DNA from: an uncultured Dehalococcoidales bacterium
GTDB lineage: Bacteria > Chloroflexota > Dehalococcoidia > Lucifugimonadales > Lucifugimonadaceae
Direction of reading: 5' to 3'
Assembly: GCA_964491775.1 (NCBI GenBank)
Contig: CAZBHC010000011.1
Location: forward strand, 5,056 to 69,055
DNA: 64,000 nucleotides
Below, one piece after another: positions 48,993 to 58,346 of the stretch. The notes beneath the pieces are model-generated. The model saw only the letters and a program-made list of their open reading frames with translations. It was not told the origin of the DNA and did no database searches. Position numbers and translations under genes: made by a program. Every line of letters starts with the position of its first letter. Within the stretch, counting starts at the first letter, position 1.

Positions 48993-49379
48993 ATGCCAAT
49001 AGTTGCAGGTGTAAATATTTCAGATAATCAATTTGTTGAATTTGCTTTGACTTCAATTTATGGAATTGGAAGATATAGAGCAAAGCAAATCACTACTGAT
49101 TCAGGGATACAATTAAATTCCACTAGAGTAAAAGATTTAACAGAATCTCAACTTACTTCAATTAGGCAAAAGGTTGATGCTACTAACCTTACTATAGAAG
49201 GAGATTTGAGGCGTGAAGTTCAGCTAAATGTGAGACGTTTAGGCGATATAAAATCATATAGAGGAAATAGACATAGGATAGGTTTGCCTGTTAGAGGGCA
49301 GAGAACAAAGACTAATGCACGAACAAAACGGGGAAGAAGACAAGCAATAGCTAATAAAAAAATAGCACCTAAACATTAG
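48993..49379 (+). CDS. rpsM: 30S ribosomal protein S13
   Basis: IAGVNI....V.FALTSIYGIG and YRG.RHR.GLPVRGQRTKTNART. Confidence 0.96.
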   Translation: MPIVAGVNISDNQFVEFALTSIYGIGRYRAKQITTDSGIQLNSTRVKDLTESQLTSIRQKVDATNLTIEGDLRREVQLNVRRLGDIKSYRGNRHRIGLPVRGQRTKTNARTKRGRRQAIANKKIAPKH

Positions 49380-49407
49380 GAAGAAACATTATTATTTAAG
49401 GTGAATT

Positions 49408-49791
49408 ATGCCAAGACAGAGAACTAGAAAAAAAGAAAAAAAATTTATCCCTCAAGGTAGAGCGTATATAAATGCTACCTTTAATAATACTTTGGTTACA
49501 TTAACTGATAATAGTGGAAACGTGATTTCACAAAGTAGTGCAGGGGAAATGGGATTTACTGGATCTCGTAAGGCTACAGCATTTGCTGCTCAAAGAGCAG
49601 CAGAATCAGCTGCTAAAGCTGCTATAGAAAATGGAATGAAAACTGTTGATTGTATGGTTAAAGGACCTGGTTCCGGGCGTGAAGCTGCTATCCGTGCTAT
49701 ACAAGGGGCAGGTATTCGGGTTATTTCAATTAGAGATGTTACTCCGAATCCTCATAATGGTTGTCGTCCTCCCAAAAGAAGAAGAGTTTAA
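49408..49791 (+). CDS. rpsK: 30S ribosomal protein S11
   Basis: [20 protein letters not shown], and [19 protein letters not shown]. Confidence 0.97.
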   Translation: MPRQRTRKKEKKFIPQGRAYINATFNNTLVTLTDNSGNVISQSSAGEMGFTGSRKATAFAAQRAAESAAKAAIENGMKTVDCMVKGPGSGREAAIRAIQGAGIRVISIRDVTPNPHNGCRPPKRRRV

Positions 49792-49830
49792 ATCTTATAG
49801 TTTGAAAAGGTAGTTTAAAAAAGGGAATTT

Positions 49831-50454
49831 ATGGCACGAAATATAGGACCAAAATGTAAGGATTGTAGAAGGTTTGGAATGAAAATTTGTTCTAAACCAG
49901 CAGGAAAATGCGCCTTTGAAAAAAGGAAAACTCCTCCTGGAGATTTTTCTCCAACTCGTAGAAGAAGATCTTCAGAATATGGTCAGCAGTTAAAAGAAAA
50001 ACAAAAAGCAAGAGCTATATATGGAATTTTAGAACGCCAATTTAGAAATTATTATAGAAAAGCTAATAACATGGAAGGAGTTACTGGAGAACGGTTACTT
50101 CAATTGTTAGAGTCTAGACTTGATAATACTGTATACAGGTTAGGGTTTTCTATTTCTAGATCACATGCGAGACAGATAGTTGGGCATGGACATATACAGG
50201 TTAATGGTAGGAAAGTTTCTATTCCTTCCTATCAAGTTAAAAAGGGTGATCAGATCACTTGGAAAGATTCTTCAAAGAGCAGCAGTATGTTTGATATTAT
50301 CAAATCTGGAGAAGGTGTGAATCAAACTGTTCCAAGATGGCTAAAATCTAACATAGAAAGTGGATCAGGCGAAGTTTTGGCTGGTCCTAATGTTAGTGAA
50401 ATAGACACTCTTATAGATACTCGTCAAATAATAGAATATTATTCAAGGAGATAA
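49831..50454 (+). CDS. rpsD: 30S ribosomal protein S4 (N-terminal Cys cluster)
   Basis: MARNIGPKCKDCRR.G, LESRLDNTVYRLGF and the S4 domain HGHIQVNGRKV. Confidence 0.96.
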   Translation: MARNIGPKCKDCRRFGMKICSKPAGKCAFEKRKTPPGDFSPTRRRRSSEYGQQLKEKQKARAIYGILERQFRNYYRKANNMEGVTGERLLQLLESRLDNTVYRLGFSISRSHARQIVGHGHIQVNGRKVSIPSYQVKKGDQITWKDSSKSSSMFDIIKSGEGVNQTVPRWLKSNIESGSGEVLAGPNVSEIDTLIDTRQIIEYYSRR

Positions 50455-50456
50455 AA

Positions 50457-51503
50457 TTGACTCAGTCACAAAATTTTGAAGAAAATTTGTATGGTATTTC
50501 ACCTAATTTTGACACTGATGGAACTAAAAAAAAGGTTCCGGAAATGACTTTAAGGATTGAAGAATCTAATGATAATTATGGACTTATTATAATAGAACCT
50601 ATAGAAAGTGGTTTGGCTAATTCTCTAGCTAATCCACTAAGAAGAACTTTATTAGGATCATTATCAGGAACTGCTATTAATTGGGTAAAGATTTCAGGAA
50701 TAGATCATGAATATTCCACGGTCCCACATATGAAAGAAGAAGTTATAGAATTTTTGATGAATGTAAAAGGGGTTAGGATTAAATCAGATCAAATGCGACC
50801 AGGTCGTTTAAGACTAGAAGTAAGTGGTGAAGGAGAAATTAAGGCGGGAGATATAATGGCAACTTCAGACTTTGAAGTTATAAATCCTGAGTATCATCTT
50901 GCTACATTACAAAGTGAATCCGCTCAACTTTCTGTAGAATTTAGTGTTGATCATGGAATAGGATATAAGATAGCTGAAAGAGGTTCTGGTATGCCTATTG
51001 GGGTTTTACCGGTTGATGCTATTTATACTCCTATAAGAAAAGTTAATTTTTCTATTGATAATATTAGAATCGGTGATAGATCAAACTTGGAAAGATTAAG
51101 TTTTGAAATCTGGACAGATAGGACTATAGATCCTGTTACAGCTTTTAAAAATGCTTCAAATGTCTTGATGGATAAATTTTTTGAATTTACTAGACTAGGA
51201 ATAGATGATAATCCTGATGATAATCCAGCAGCAGTATTGGGTATTTCACCAGAAGCATATAATACTCTAGTTGAATCCTTAGATTTATCTGCACGAACTC
51301 TAAATTGTTTAAAAAGAGCTGGAATAAATAGGGTTGGAGAAGTTCTTCAACTTCCTAAAGCAGATCTATTAAAGATCAGAAATTTTGGGCAAAAATCAAT
51401 TACTGAATTGTTTGAAGTTTTATCTTCAAGAGGATTATTACCTAAAGAAAATTCTAATTTGAGTCCAGAACCTGAAGATTCTTCATCGGAAGAGGAAGAA
51501 TAA
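50457..51503 (+). CDS. rpoA: DNA-directed RNA polymerase alpha subunit (acidic C-terminal tail)
   Basis: TTG start. GLANSLANPLRRTLLGSL. CTD LDLSARTLNCLKRAGINRVGEVL. The tail reads EPEDSSSEEEE. Confidence 0.95.
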   Translation: MTQSQNFEENLYGISPNFDTDGTKKKVPEMTLRIEESNDNYGLIIIEPIESGLANSLANPLRRTLLGSLSGTAINWVKISGIDHEYSTVPHMKEEVIEFLMNVKGVRIKSDQMRPGRLRLEVSGEGEIKAGDIMATSDFEVINPEYHLATLQSESAQLSVEFSVDHGIGYKIAERGSGMPIGVLPVDAIYTPIRKVNFSIDNIRIGDRSNLERLSFEIWTDRTIDPVTAFKNASNVLMDKFFEFTRLGIDDNPDDNPAAVLGISPEAYNTLVESLDLSARTLNCLKRAGINRVGEVLQLPKADLLKIRNFGQKSITELFEVLSSRGLLPKENSNLSPEPEDSSSEEEE

Positions 51504-51506
51504 ATA

Positions 51507-51857
51507 ATGAGACATAAACTTAAAGGTCGTCAATTTGGAAGGTCTAGTGGTCCTAGAAAGGCGATGTATAAAATAATAGTCACTGATTTGATAAGACATG
51601 GAAAAATTGAAACTACTATTTCAAAAGCAAAAGAGATAAAATCCTTATGTGAAGAAATGATCACTTTAGGTAAAAAAGGGACATTACATGATCGTAGAAC
51701 AGCTGCTGCTTTTATTACCGATAAGAATGTATTAGCTAGCTTATTTACTGAAATTGCTCCAAAGTACTCTGATCGACCTGGAGGTTACACACGTATTATT
51801 CGAAAAGGATTTAGACCAGGAGATGGAGCAGAAATAGTAATTTTAGAACTGGTTTAG
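51507..51857 (+). CDS. rplQ: 50S ribosomal protein L17
   Basis: MRHKLKGRQFGRSSGPRKAM and RPGGYTRI....R.GDGAE. Confidence 0.96.
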   Translation: MRHKLKGRQFGRSSGPRKAMYKIIVTDLIRHGKIETTISKAKEIKSLCEEMITLGKKGTLHDRRTAAAFITDKNVLASLFTEIAPKYSDRPGGYTRIIRKGFRPGDGAEIVILELV

Positions 51858-52660
51858 TGATTGAATCAAAATATTTTTTGATAATTTCTTATGAAGGTAC
51901 CGATTTTTATGGTTCTCAGATTCAAAAAAATTTACGTACAGTGCAGGGGGATTTGGAATACGCTATAGAAAAGATTTTTAGGACCCATTCTAGAGTGTTA
52001 TTAGCAAGTAGAACTGATACGGGTGTTCATGCTGATTTTCAGGTAGGAACTTTTGTGATCAATGGCAATAATAAATTTAATTCTAATTCATTACGTTCTG
52101 CTTTGAATACATATCTTTCTGGAGATCTAAAAATTTTATATGCAGGAAAACTTTCAGAAGGAGATATTTTTTTCAATCCTAGAAGAGACGCAATTTCGAG
52201 GGAATATATATACACTTTTGATGATGCAGAGGTTTTAGAACCTAAATTTCGTAACTATGTACATCATGTTAATGGAAAATTAGATGAAAATAAGATGGAT
52301 GAAGCGGCTTCATTCTTAATTGGTACTCATGATTTTGTTTCATTTTCAGGTTCGTCCACATCTTTAAGTGATTCTACGATTAGAAATGTTTTTGATTGTA
52401 AAGTTACGAGAATAAAGAATAAAGTATTTTTTTCTATTATTGCTAATGCATTCTTACATCAACAAATAAGGCGAATTTCAGCTTTATTACTAGAGATAGG
52501 ACTTAATAAGAAATCTCCAAATATGATGAAAAAAATATTAGCCTCAAAAAATAAAGAAGAATTTACTCATGTACTTAGTCCTAATGGATTATGTTTAAAA
52601 AAAATCGAATACAAGGAAAAATTTTTACAAAAAATTATTACGCATTCTGTTAATAGATAG
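51857..52660 (+). CDS. truA: tRNA pseudouridine(38-40) synthase
   Basis: The GTG start overlaps the last base of the rplQ stop. YEGTDFYGSQIQ, catalytic ASRTDTGVHA, and GTHDF.SF. Confidence 0.9.
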   Translation: MIESKYFLIISYEGTDFYGSQIQKNLRTVQGDLEYAIEKIFRTHSRVLLASRTDTGVHADFQVGTFVINGNNKFNSNSLRSALNTYLSGDLKILYAGKLSEGDIFFNPRRDAISREYIYTFDDAEVLEPKFRNYVHHVNGKLDENKMDEAASFLIGTHDFVSFSGSSTSLSDSTIRNVFDCKVTRIKNKVFFSIIANAFLHQQIRRISALLLEIGLNKKSPNMMKKILASKNKEEFTHVLSPNGLCLKKIEYKEKFLQKIITHSVNR

Positions 52661-52684
52661 TAGAATGGTTATTGGAATTATTTT

Positions 52685-53398
52685 ATGACTACACATATAA
52701 ACATTAAAAATTATAATCCAAAAATATCTGAATTAGATTCTGATTGGCATCTGATAGATGCTGCGGATCAAATCTTAGGGCGACTTGCAACGAATATCGC
52801 TATGCTTTTAATGGGGAAAAATAAACCAACTTATGTTCCTCATTTATTATCAGGTGATTTTGTGATAGTTATTAATTCATCCAAAGTAAAAGTTTCAGGG
52901 GATAAATACGAAAAAAAAATTTACAAGAGATTTTCTTCTTACCCAGGAAATTCTAAAGAAATTCCATTTAATTCTATTCAAAATAAAACCCCAAATAAAA
53001 TAATTGAATTAGCAGTAAAAGGTATGCTTCCCAAAAATAAACTTGGCAGAAAAATGTTTACTCGTTTAAAGGTTTACTCTGGTTCAGAACATCCGCATAC
53101 AGCTCAATTAATTGGATCTAAAAATAAACAACCAAAATTGCCTCAGCCATTTGCTGTAAATCAGACAGAAACATCTGAAGTTAGAGACTCTAGAACATCA
53201 AAGTCTACTGCCTCTAAGACAAGTGCTAAAACAAAGGCTAGTACATCAAAGACTGATGCGTCTAAGACAAGTGCTAAAACAAAGGCTAGTACATCAAAGA
53301 CTGTTGCATCTAAGACGAGTACTAAGACAAAGTCTAGTACTCCAAAAGCTAGTTCTAAAAAGGCTAGTACATCAAAAAGAAAAACTACAAAGAATTAA
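52685..53398 (+). CDS. rplM: 50S ribosomal protein L13 with a Lys/Ser/Thr/Ala-rich C-terminal extension of about 96 aa
   Basis: Core W.LIDAADQILGRLAT.IA.LL.GK.KP.Y.P... up to about residue 141. The remainder is SKTSAKTKASTSKT-type repeats. Confidence 0.95.
   Translation: MTTHINIKNYNPKISELDSDWHLIDAADQILGRLATNIAMLLMGKNKPTYVPHLLSGDFVIVINSSKVKVSGDKYEKKIYKRFSSYPGNSKEIPFNSIQNKTPNKIIELAVKGMLPKNKLGRKMFTRLKVYSGSEHPHTAQLIGSKNKQPKLPQPFAVNQTETSEVRDSRTSKSTASKTSAKTKASTSKTDASKTSAKTKASTSKTVASKTSTKTKSSTPKASSKKASTSKRKTTKN
53213..53356. repeat. 48-bp in-frame tandem repeat, 3 copies, inside the rplM 3' extension
   Basis: 53213-53260 and 53261-53308 differ at 2 of 48 positions. The third copy, 53309-53356, is more diverged, and degenerate remnants flank it on both sides. 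Confidence 0.95.
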
Positions 53399-53417
53399 TA
53401 TTTTAGGAGTTAGATAG

Positions 53418-53813
53418 TTGACCACAGGTACTTATTATTATGGAACAGGAAGAAGGAAAACTTCTGTTGCGAGAGTTAGAATATACAATAAACCTGGATC
53501 AGTTAGCGTTAATGGAAAGCCAGCAGAAGATATATTTACAGTAGAAGCATGGAAGAATGAGGCTCTAAAACCCTTAAGTGTAGTTGGGCTTGATAGTAAA
53601 GTTACTGTTGTTGCAGATATAAAAGGCGGGGGTGTTAACAGCCAGGCTGGAGCACTTTGTCATGGAATAGCTAGGGCGTTAGTAGTAATGGATGAAAATC
53701 TCAAGAAACCTTTAAAAGTTTCAGGATTGCTTACTAGAGATTCAAGAATGAAAGAAAGTAAGAAATATGGATTAAAAAGAGCTCGTAAGGCTGCACAGTA
53801 CACAAAAAGATAG
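53418..53813 (+). CDS. rpsI: 30S ribosomal protein S9
   Basis: TTG start. YYGTGRRKTSVARV, GGG...QAGA..HGIARAL and LTRD.R.KE.KKYG...ARKA.QY.KR. Confidence 0.96.
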   Translation: MTTGTYYYGTGRRKTSVARVRIYNKPGSVSVNGKPAEDIFTVEAWKNEALKPLSVVGLDSKVTVVADIKGGGVNSQAGALCHGIARALVVMDENLKKPLKVSGLLTRDSRMKESKKYGLKRARKAAQYTKR

Positions 53814-53814
53814 C

Positions 53815-54660
53815 CTAAAGACTTTTAATCACAAGATTTCTATCTAAACCACTTAGGTCACTGGTTATATTTATTTGATCAGGGGAAAAGTATTTTTTAG
53901 ATATTTCGATACAGTTTTCTTTTATGTCTGGATCTATTTCTATAAAAATCCCGAATTTATTTTTTTTGCAAATTCTTTTGATATCTTTCAATATTTTCTC
54001 TATAATTTTTGTTCCTTTAGGGCCGCCATTTAAAGCTATTATTGGTTCCTTTTTAATTTCTTCGTTTAAGAATTTCAAATTAGTAGTTTTTATATAAGGT
54101 GGATTCGAGACAATTATATTAAATTCACCATAAATATTTTTCAAACAATCACTTAGGACAAAATTTATTTTTAATTTATGTTTCTTAGCATTTATTTTTG
54201 CGATTTCTAATGCTTTTGAAGAAATATCTGATACGGTGATGTTTGAAAAAGGTATTTCTTTACCTAAAGATATACCTACTACCCCTGATCCTGTACATAT
54301 GTCCAATATCTTTGGGTTTTTAATTTTATTTTTTTTAATAAAATCAATTGCTTGAATTACCAATAATTCAGTTTCATTTCTAGGGATAAGTACATTTGAA
54401 TTTACAAAAAAATTTCTTTTATAAAATTCTGTATTTTGAGTGATATATTGAACAGGTTCTTTTTGTATTCTTCTTTCAATTAGTTTATTTATATTTAAAA
54501 TATTTTCACTACTTAATTCGTAATTAATATTTGAAATATAATTTGCAGTTGTCCATTTCATATGGTGAGAAATAAGTATCCTTGTTTCATTTTTATATTC
54601 TGAAAAACCTGAATCTTTTAATAAAGAATTTGTCTTGCGAACATAATCTCTTAGTAACAT
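53815..54660 (-). CDS. prmC: release factor glutamine N5-methyltransferase
   Basis: SAM motif ILDICTGSGVVGI and catalytic NPPY (IIVSNPPYI). Lies directly downstream of prfA. Confidence 0.9.
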   Translation of the reverse strand: MLLRDYVRKTNSLLKDSGFSEYKNETRILISHHMKWTTANYISNINYELSSENILNINKLIERRIQKEPVQYITQNTEFYKRNFFVNSNVLIPRNETELLVIQAIDFIKKNKIKNPKILDICTGSGVVGISLGKEIPFSNITVSDISSKALEIAKINAKKHKLKINFVLSDCLKNIYGEFNIIVSNPPYIKTTNLKFLNEEIKKEPIIALNGGPKGTKIIEKILKDIKRICKKNKFGIFIEIDPDIKENCIEISKKYFSPDQINITSDLSGLDRNLVIKSL

Positions 54661-54662
54661 TT

Positions 54663-55769
54663 TTAATTGTCTATATTGGCATTATTTTCTTCAATTTGGG
54701 ATAATAATCTAGCTTGTTTTTCTTGAAGTAAAGCATCAATAAAATCTTCTAATTTCCCATTTAACATTTCATCTAACTGATGACTAGTAAAGTTTATTCG
54801 ATGGTCTGTTACTCTAGATTGAGGAAAATTATATGTTCTAATTTTCTCTGATCTATCTCCAGTTCCTACTTGGCTCCTTCTGTTAGCACTTATTTCTTCA
54901 TTTCTCTTTCTTATTTCCAAATCCCATAACCTTGCCTTCAATATTTCCATAGCTTTTAATTTATTTTGGATTTGTGATCTTTCATTTTGGCATTGAACTA
55001 CTAGACCTGTCGGTTTGTGAGTTATTCTTATTGCTGTAGCTACTTTGTTTACATTTTGACCACCGCTTCCTCCTGAATGGAAAACATCTATAACTAAATC
55101 ATTATCCTCAATATTAATATCCATTTCTTCAGATTTTGGTAGTACAGCGATTGTTACTGTAGATGTATGTATTCTGCCTTGAGATTCAGTTGATGGTACC
55201 CTTTGTACTCTATGTACACCACTCTCTAAAGTTAATTTTTTATATGCTTCTTGTCCGTTTATTTCAAAAATTACTTCCTTAATTCCTCCTATTCCTGTTT
55301 CATTTAAGCTAGCAACTTGTAAATCCCATCTTTCTTTTTCAGCAAATCTTTCGTACATTCTAAAAAGATCAGCAGCGAAAAGCCCTGCTTCGTCTCCTCC
55401 TGCACCAGCACGTATTTCCATTATTGCATCAGCATTTTCGGTAATATCTTTCGGTAGCAAAGCAATTTTTATTTGATTTGAGACTTCATCAATTGTATTT
55501 TTTAGTGATTCAATTTCTAATTTCGCTAAATCTATTACATCCTTATCTGTTTCTGAATTGATTAATTCAGAAATATTTTCCATCTCCAAATCTGTCTTCT
55601 TATATTTCTGCCAAATTTTTACGATATCATCAAGCGATCGATACTCTTTTCCTAGATCTTTAAGTTTATTAGGGTCTTTTGTAATTTCAGGATCCGAGAG
55701 TAAAGTCTCTAATTCTTTGTATCTTATTAATATGTTATCTAGTTTCTCAACTATGGATTTATTAATCAT
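54663..55769 (-). CDS. prfA: peptide chain release factor 1
   Basis: PST tripeptide (VQRVPSTESQGRIHTS), GGQ (SGGSGGQNVNK) and RSQ.QNK. Confidence 0.95.
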   Translation of the reverse strand: MINKSIVEKLDNILIRYKELETLLSDPEITKDPNKLKDLGKEYRSLDDIVKIWQKYKKTDLEMENISELINSETDKDVIDLAKLEIESLKNTIDEVSNQIKIALLPKDITENADAIMEIRAGAGGDEAGLFAADLFRMYERFAEKERWDLQVASLNETGIGGIKEVIFEINGQEAYKKLTLESGVHRVQRVPSTESQGRIHTSTVTIAVLPKSEEMDINIEDNDLVIDVFHSGGSGGQNVNKVATAIRITHKPTGLVVQCQNERSQIQNKLKAMEILKARLWDLEIRKRNEEISANRRSQVGTGDRSEKIRTYNFPQSRVTDHRINFTSHQLDEMLNGKLEDFIDALLQEKQARLLSQIEENNANIDN

Positions 55770-57049
55770 TTATCTTGGAATTTTTTTATAGTGTTTACTA
55801 TTATTTTAGGGTCAATTTCTACATTTTGCTCTTCTGAATTTATAAAAAGAGGTTTCAGTTTTGCCTTATTTGAATTAATTTCATCTTTTCCAATTATCAA
55901 AGCGAATCTAGCTTTAATATTATTTGCATATCTCAGTTGTGCTTTTATAGATTTTTTTGGTGCTAAAACAGCCGTAATTCCCAAATTTCTTATTTTAGAA
56001 GTAATAGAGTAGCATTCTCTTGTAGTATCTCCTACCTGTATAACAACAACTTCAAAGTTTTTATTATATACAGGTTCAACTGATTGTTTTTTTATTTCTA
56101 ATATTATCCTTTCAATACCTGATCCAAATCCGATACCAGGAGTATCAGGTCCACCAATTTTGCTTATCAAAGGATCGTATCTCCCACCTGCTAATATTGT
56201 ACCTTGAGAGGATGTTTCACTAGGTTGAAATTCAAATACTGTACGGTTGTAATAATCTAATCCTCGTACTAAAGAATTATCAATATAAAAGTTTAATTTT
56301 TTATCTTGAGATTGAATTGTTTTCAATAATTCAATTAATTCATTCCAATGGATTAAAGCATCTCCTTTCAAATATTCAATAGATCTTGGAGCATTTTTAT
56401 TTATTTCAATGGTTTCTTTTTCTTTAGAATCTAATACTCTTAAAGGAGATCTATTTAGTCTATCTTTATCAATTGTTGGGAGTTTATTTTTATTACCTTC
56501 AAGAAATTTTTTTAAATCAGAAATATATTTTTCTCTATCGATAGGATCACCAATGCTATTAATTTTTAAGTTAATATTATTTAAACCTAAGCTTTTTATA
56601 TAATTCCAACCTAATTCTATTATTTCTGCATCAAATTGAGGTGATGAATCACCTATAGCTTCGCAACCAAATTGATGATGCTGTCTTAGTCTTCCTGCCT
56701 GTGGTCTTTCATATCTAAACATTGGAGAAATATAAAAAAGTCTTGCGGGTTGAGGTAAGTTAAATAGCCCATTTTGAATATATGATCTACATATTGCTGC
56801 AGTACCTTCTGGTCTCAGTGTAATGGAATCTCCACCGTGATCTTCAAATGTATACATTTCTTTTTGGACTATATCCGTTTCATTACCGACACCTCGGTTA
56901 AACAATTCAGTGTATTCAAAAATCGGTGTGTTTATACGTTCATATGAAAAATCTGATGCAATTTTTTTGCAAACGGAAACAACCTTAGACCATAAAAACT
57001 GATCTTTAGGTAATATATCTGATGTACCTCTAGGTGCAAATATTTTCAT
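55766..57049 (-). CDS. hisS: histidine--tRNA ligase
   Basis: PRGTSDILP, LRPEGTA, FRYERPQAGR.RQF.Q and GGRYD motifs. Confidence 0.95.
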   Translation of the reverse strand: MKIFAPRGTSDILPKDQFLWSKVVSVCKKIASDFSYERINTPIFEYTELFNRGVGNETDIVQKEMYTFEDHGGDSITLRPEGTAAICRSYIQNGLFNLPQPARLFYISPMFRYERPQAGRLRQHHQFGCEAIGDSSPQFDAEIIELGWNYIKSLGLNNINLKINSIGDPIDREKYISDLKKFLEGNKNKLPTIDKDRLNRSPLRVLDSKEKETIEINKNAPRSIEYLKGDALIHWNELIELLKTIQSQDKKLNFYIDNSLVRGLDYYNRTVFEFQPSETSSQGTILAGGRYDPLISKIGGPDTPGIGFGSGIERIILEIKKQSVEPVYNKNFEVVVIQVGDTTRECYSITSKIRNLGITAVLAPKKSIKAQLRYANNIKARFALIIGKDEINSNKAKLKPLFINSEEQNVEIDPKIIVNTIKKFQDK

Positions 57050-57073
57050 AAAAATAAATAATATCTTAATTCT

Positions 57074-58216
57074 CTAAGAACCTAATCCTGCAATTTGATA
57101 TATCTTCCCTTCAGTTTTTATTGCGGGAGCATAATACATTTTTGCATTGTGCATCTCCTTAATATTATTTGCTCCTACATAACCCATACATACTTTTAAA
57201 GCCCCAATTAAATTCATAGTTCCATCTGTTTTTGATGAAGGACCATTAAGAAGTTGATCTAGAGAGTATTCTGAACCCAGTTTAATTCTAGTTCCTCTAG
57301 GAAGTTCTGGGTGCCAAGTAGCCATACCCCAGTGATATCCAAGTGCAGGAGCTTCAAAACATTTTGCAAATGGACTACCTATCATTACTGAATCTGCTCC
57401 AGCCGCAAAAGATTTGCATACATCTCCACCAGTTCGTATTCCACCGTCAGTTATAATTGGGACATATCTTCCTGTTTCTTTAAAATATGCATCTCTTCCT
57501 GCAGTACATTCTAAAGTAGCAGTAATTTGAGGTACGCCTATACCAAGTACTTCTCTACTAGTACAAACAGATCCTGGGCCTACACCTACTAATACACCAT
57601 GTATTCCTTGTTCCATTAACTCCTTTGTAACAGAATAAGATACAGTGTTTCCTACTATAATTGGAACATCTAAGTTATTAACTAATTCAGATAAAATTAA
57701 ACCTCTTAGACTTTTAGAAGTGTGTCTTGCTGTTACTACTGTACCCTGAACAACAATAATATCAGCACCAGCTTCTACAGCAATAGGTGCATGTCGTTTA
57801 GCGTTTTGTGGAATAAATGAAACAGCAGCTGTTCCATTATTTTTCTTAATTTCCTCCACTCTTTTAGATATGAGGTTAGTTTTTATAGGCTCTGTATATA
57901 TCTTTTGTAATATTGATGTTGCTTTTTCAATTGGAGAGTTTGATATTTCTTTATAAATAGATTCCGTGTCTTCAAAACGAGTATGTAAACCATCTAAATT
58001 TAGAACACCTATACCACCTTGTTCATGCATATTAATTGCAAATGAAGTATCTACTACTGCATCCATAGAAGAAGCAAAGAAAGGAATATCTAATTTAATT
58101 TTTTCAAAATATACCGAAATATCTACCATTTCTGGATTGATTGTAATTTCTCCAGGAGCTATGGAAACATCATCAAAACCATACGCGTGTTGCAATGCAT
58201 TATAATTATTTTCCAA
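57074..58216 (-). CDS. IMP dehydrogenase-family protein lacking the CBS (Bateman) insert (GuaB3-like)
   Basis: 380 aa. FDDVSIAP, catalytic-loop-like GVGPGSVCTSREVLGIGVPQ and DGGIRTGGDV. The about 120-aa CBS pair of canonical GuaB is absent. TTG start with GGAGA upstream. Confidence 0.8.
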   Translation of the reverse strand: MENNYNALQHAYGFDDVSIAPGEITINPEMVDISVYFEKIKLDIPFFASSMDAVVDTSFAINMHEQGGIGVLNLDGLHTRFEDTESIYKEISNSPIEKATSILQKIYTEPIKTNLISKRVEEIKKNNGTAAVSFIPQNAKRHAPIAVEAGADIIVVQGTVVTARHTSKSLRGLILSELVNNLDVPIIVGNTVSYSVTKELMEQGIHGVLVGVGPGSVCTSREVLGIGVPQITATLECTAGRDAYFKETGRYVPIITDGGIRTGGDVCKSFAAGADSVMIGSPFAKCFEAPALGYHWGMATWHPELPRGTRIKLGSEYSLDQLLNGPSSKTDGTMNLIGALKVCMGYVGANNIKEMHNAKMYYAPAIKTEGKIYQIAGLGS

Positions 58217-58346
58217 GTCTCATCTCCTATAAAAAATTAACTTTATAAGTCTTTAATTATTAGCTATTTTACATGTAAGCTTATAATAAGATTTATGTTA
58301 AATCTTCTGATAACAGGTGGCTATATTTAAGTTTTTTGTATTGGTT

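Noticed and set aside
53223-53417. 64-aa alternative-frame ORF (MLKQRLVHQRL..) inside the L13 tail.
   Set aside because: It is generated automatically by the tandem repeat keeping a second frame open. There is no RBS or independent support.
57050-57073. T-box or other leader upstream of hisS.
   Set aside because: Only 24 nt separate hisS from the upstream gene, which leaves no room for a leader RNA.
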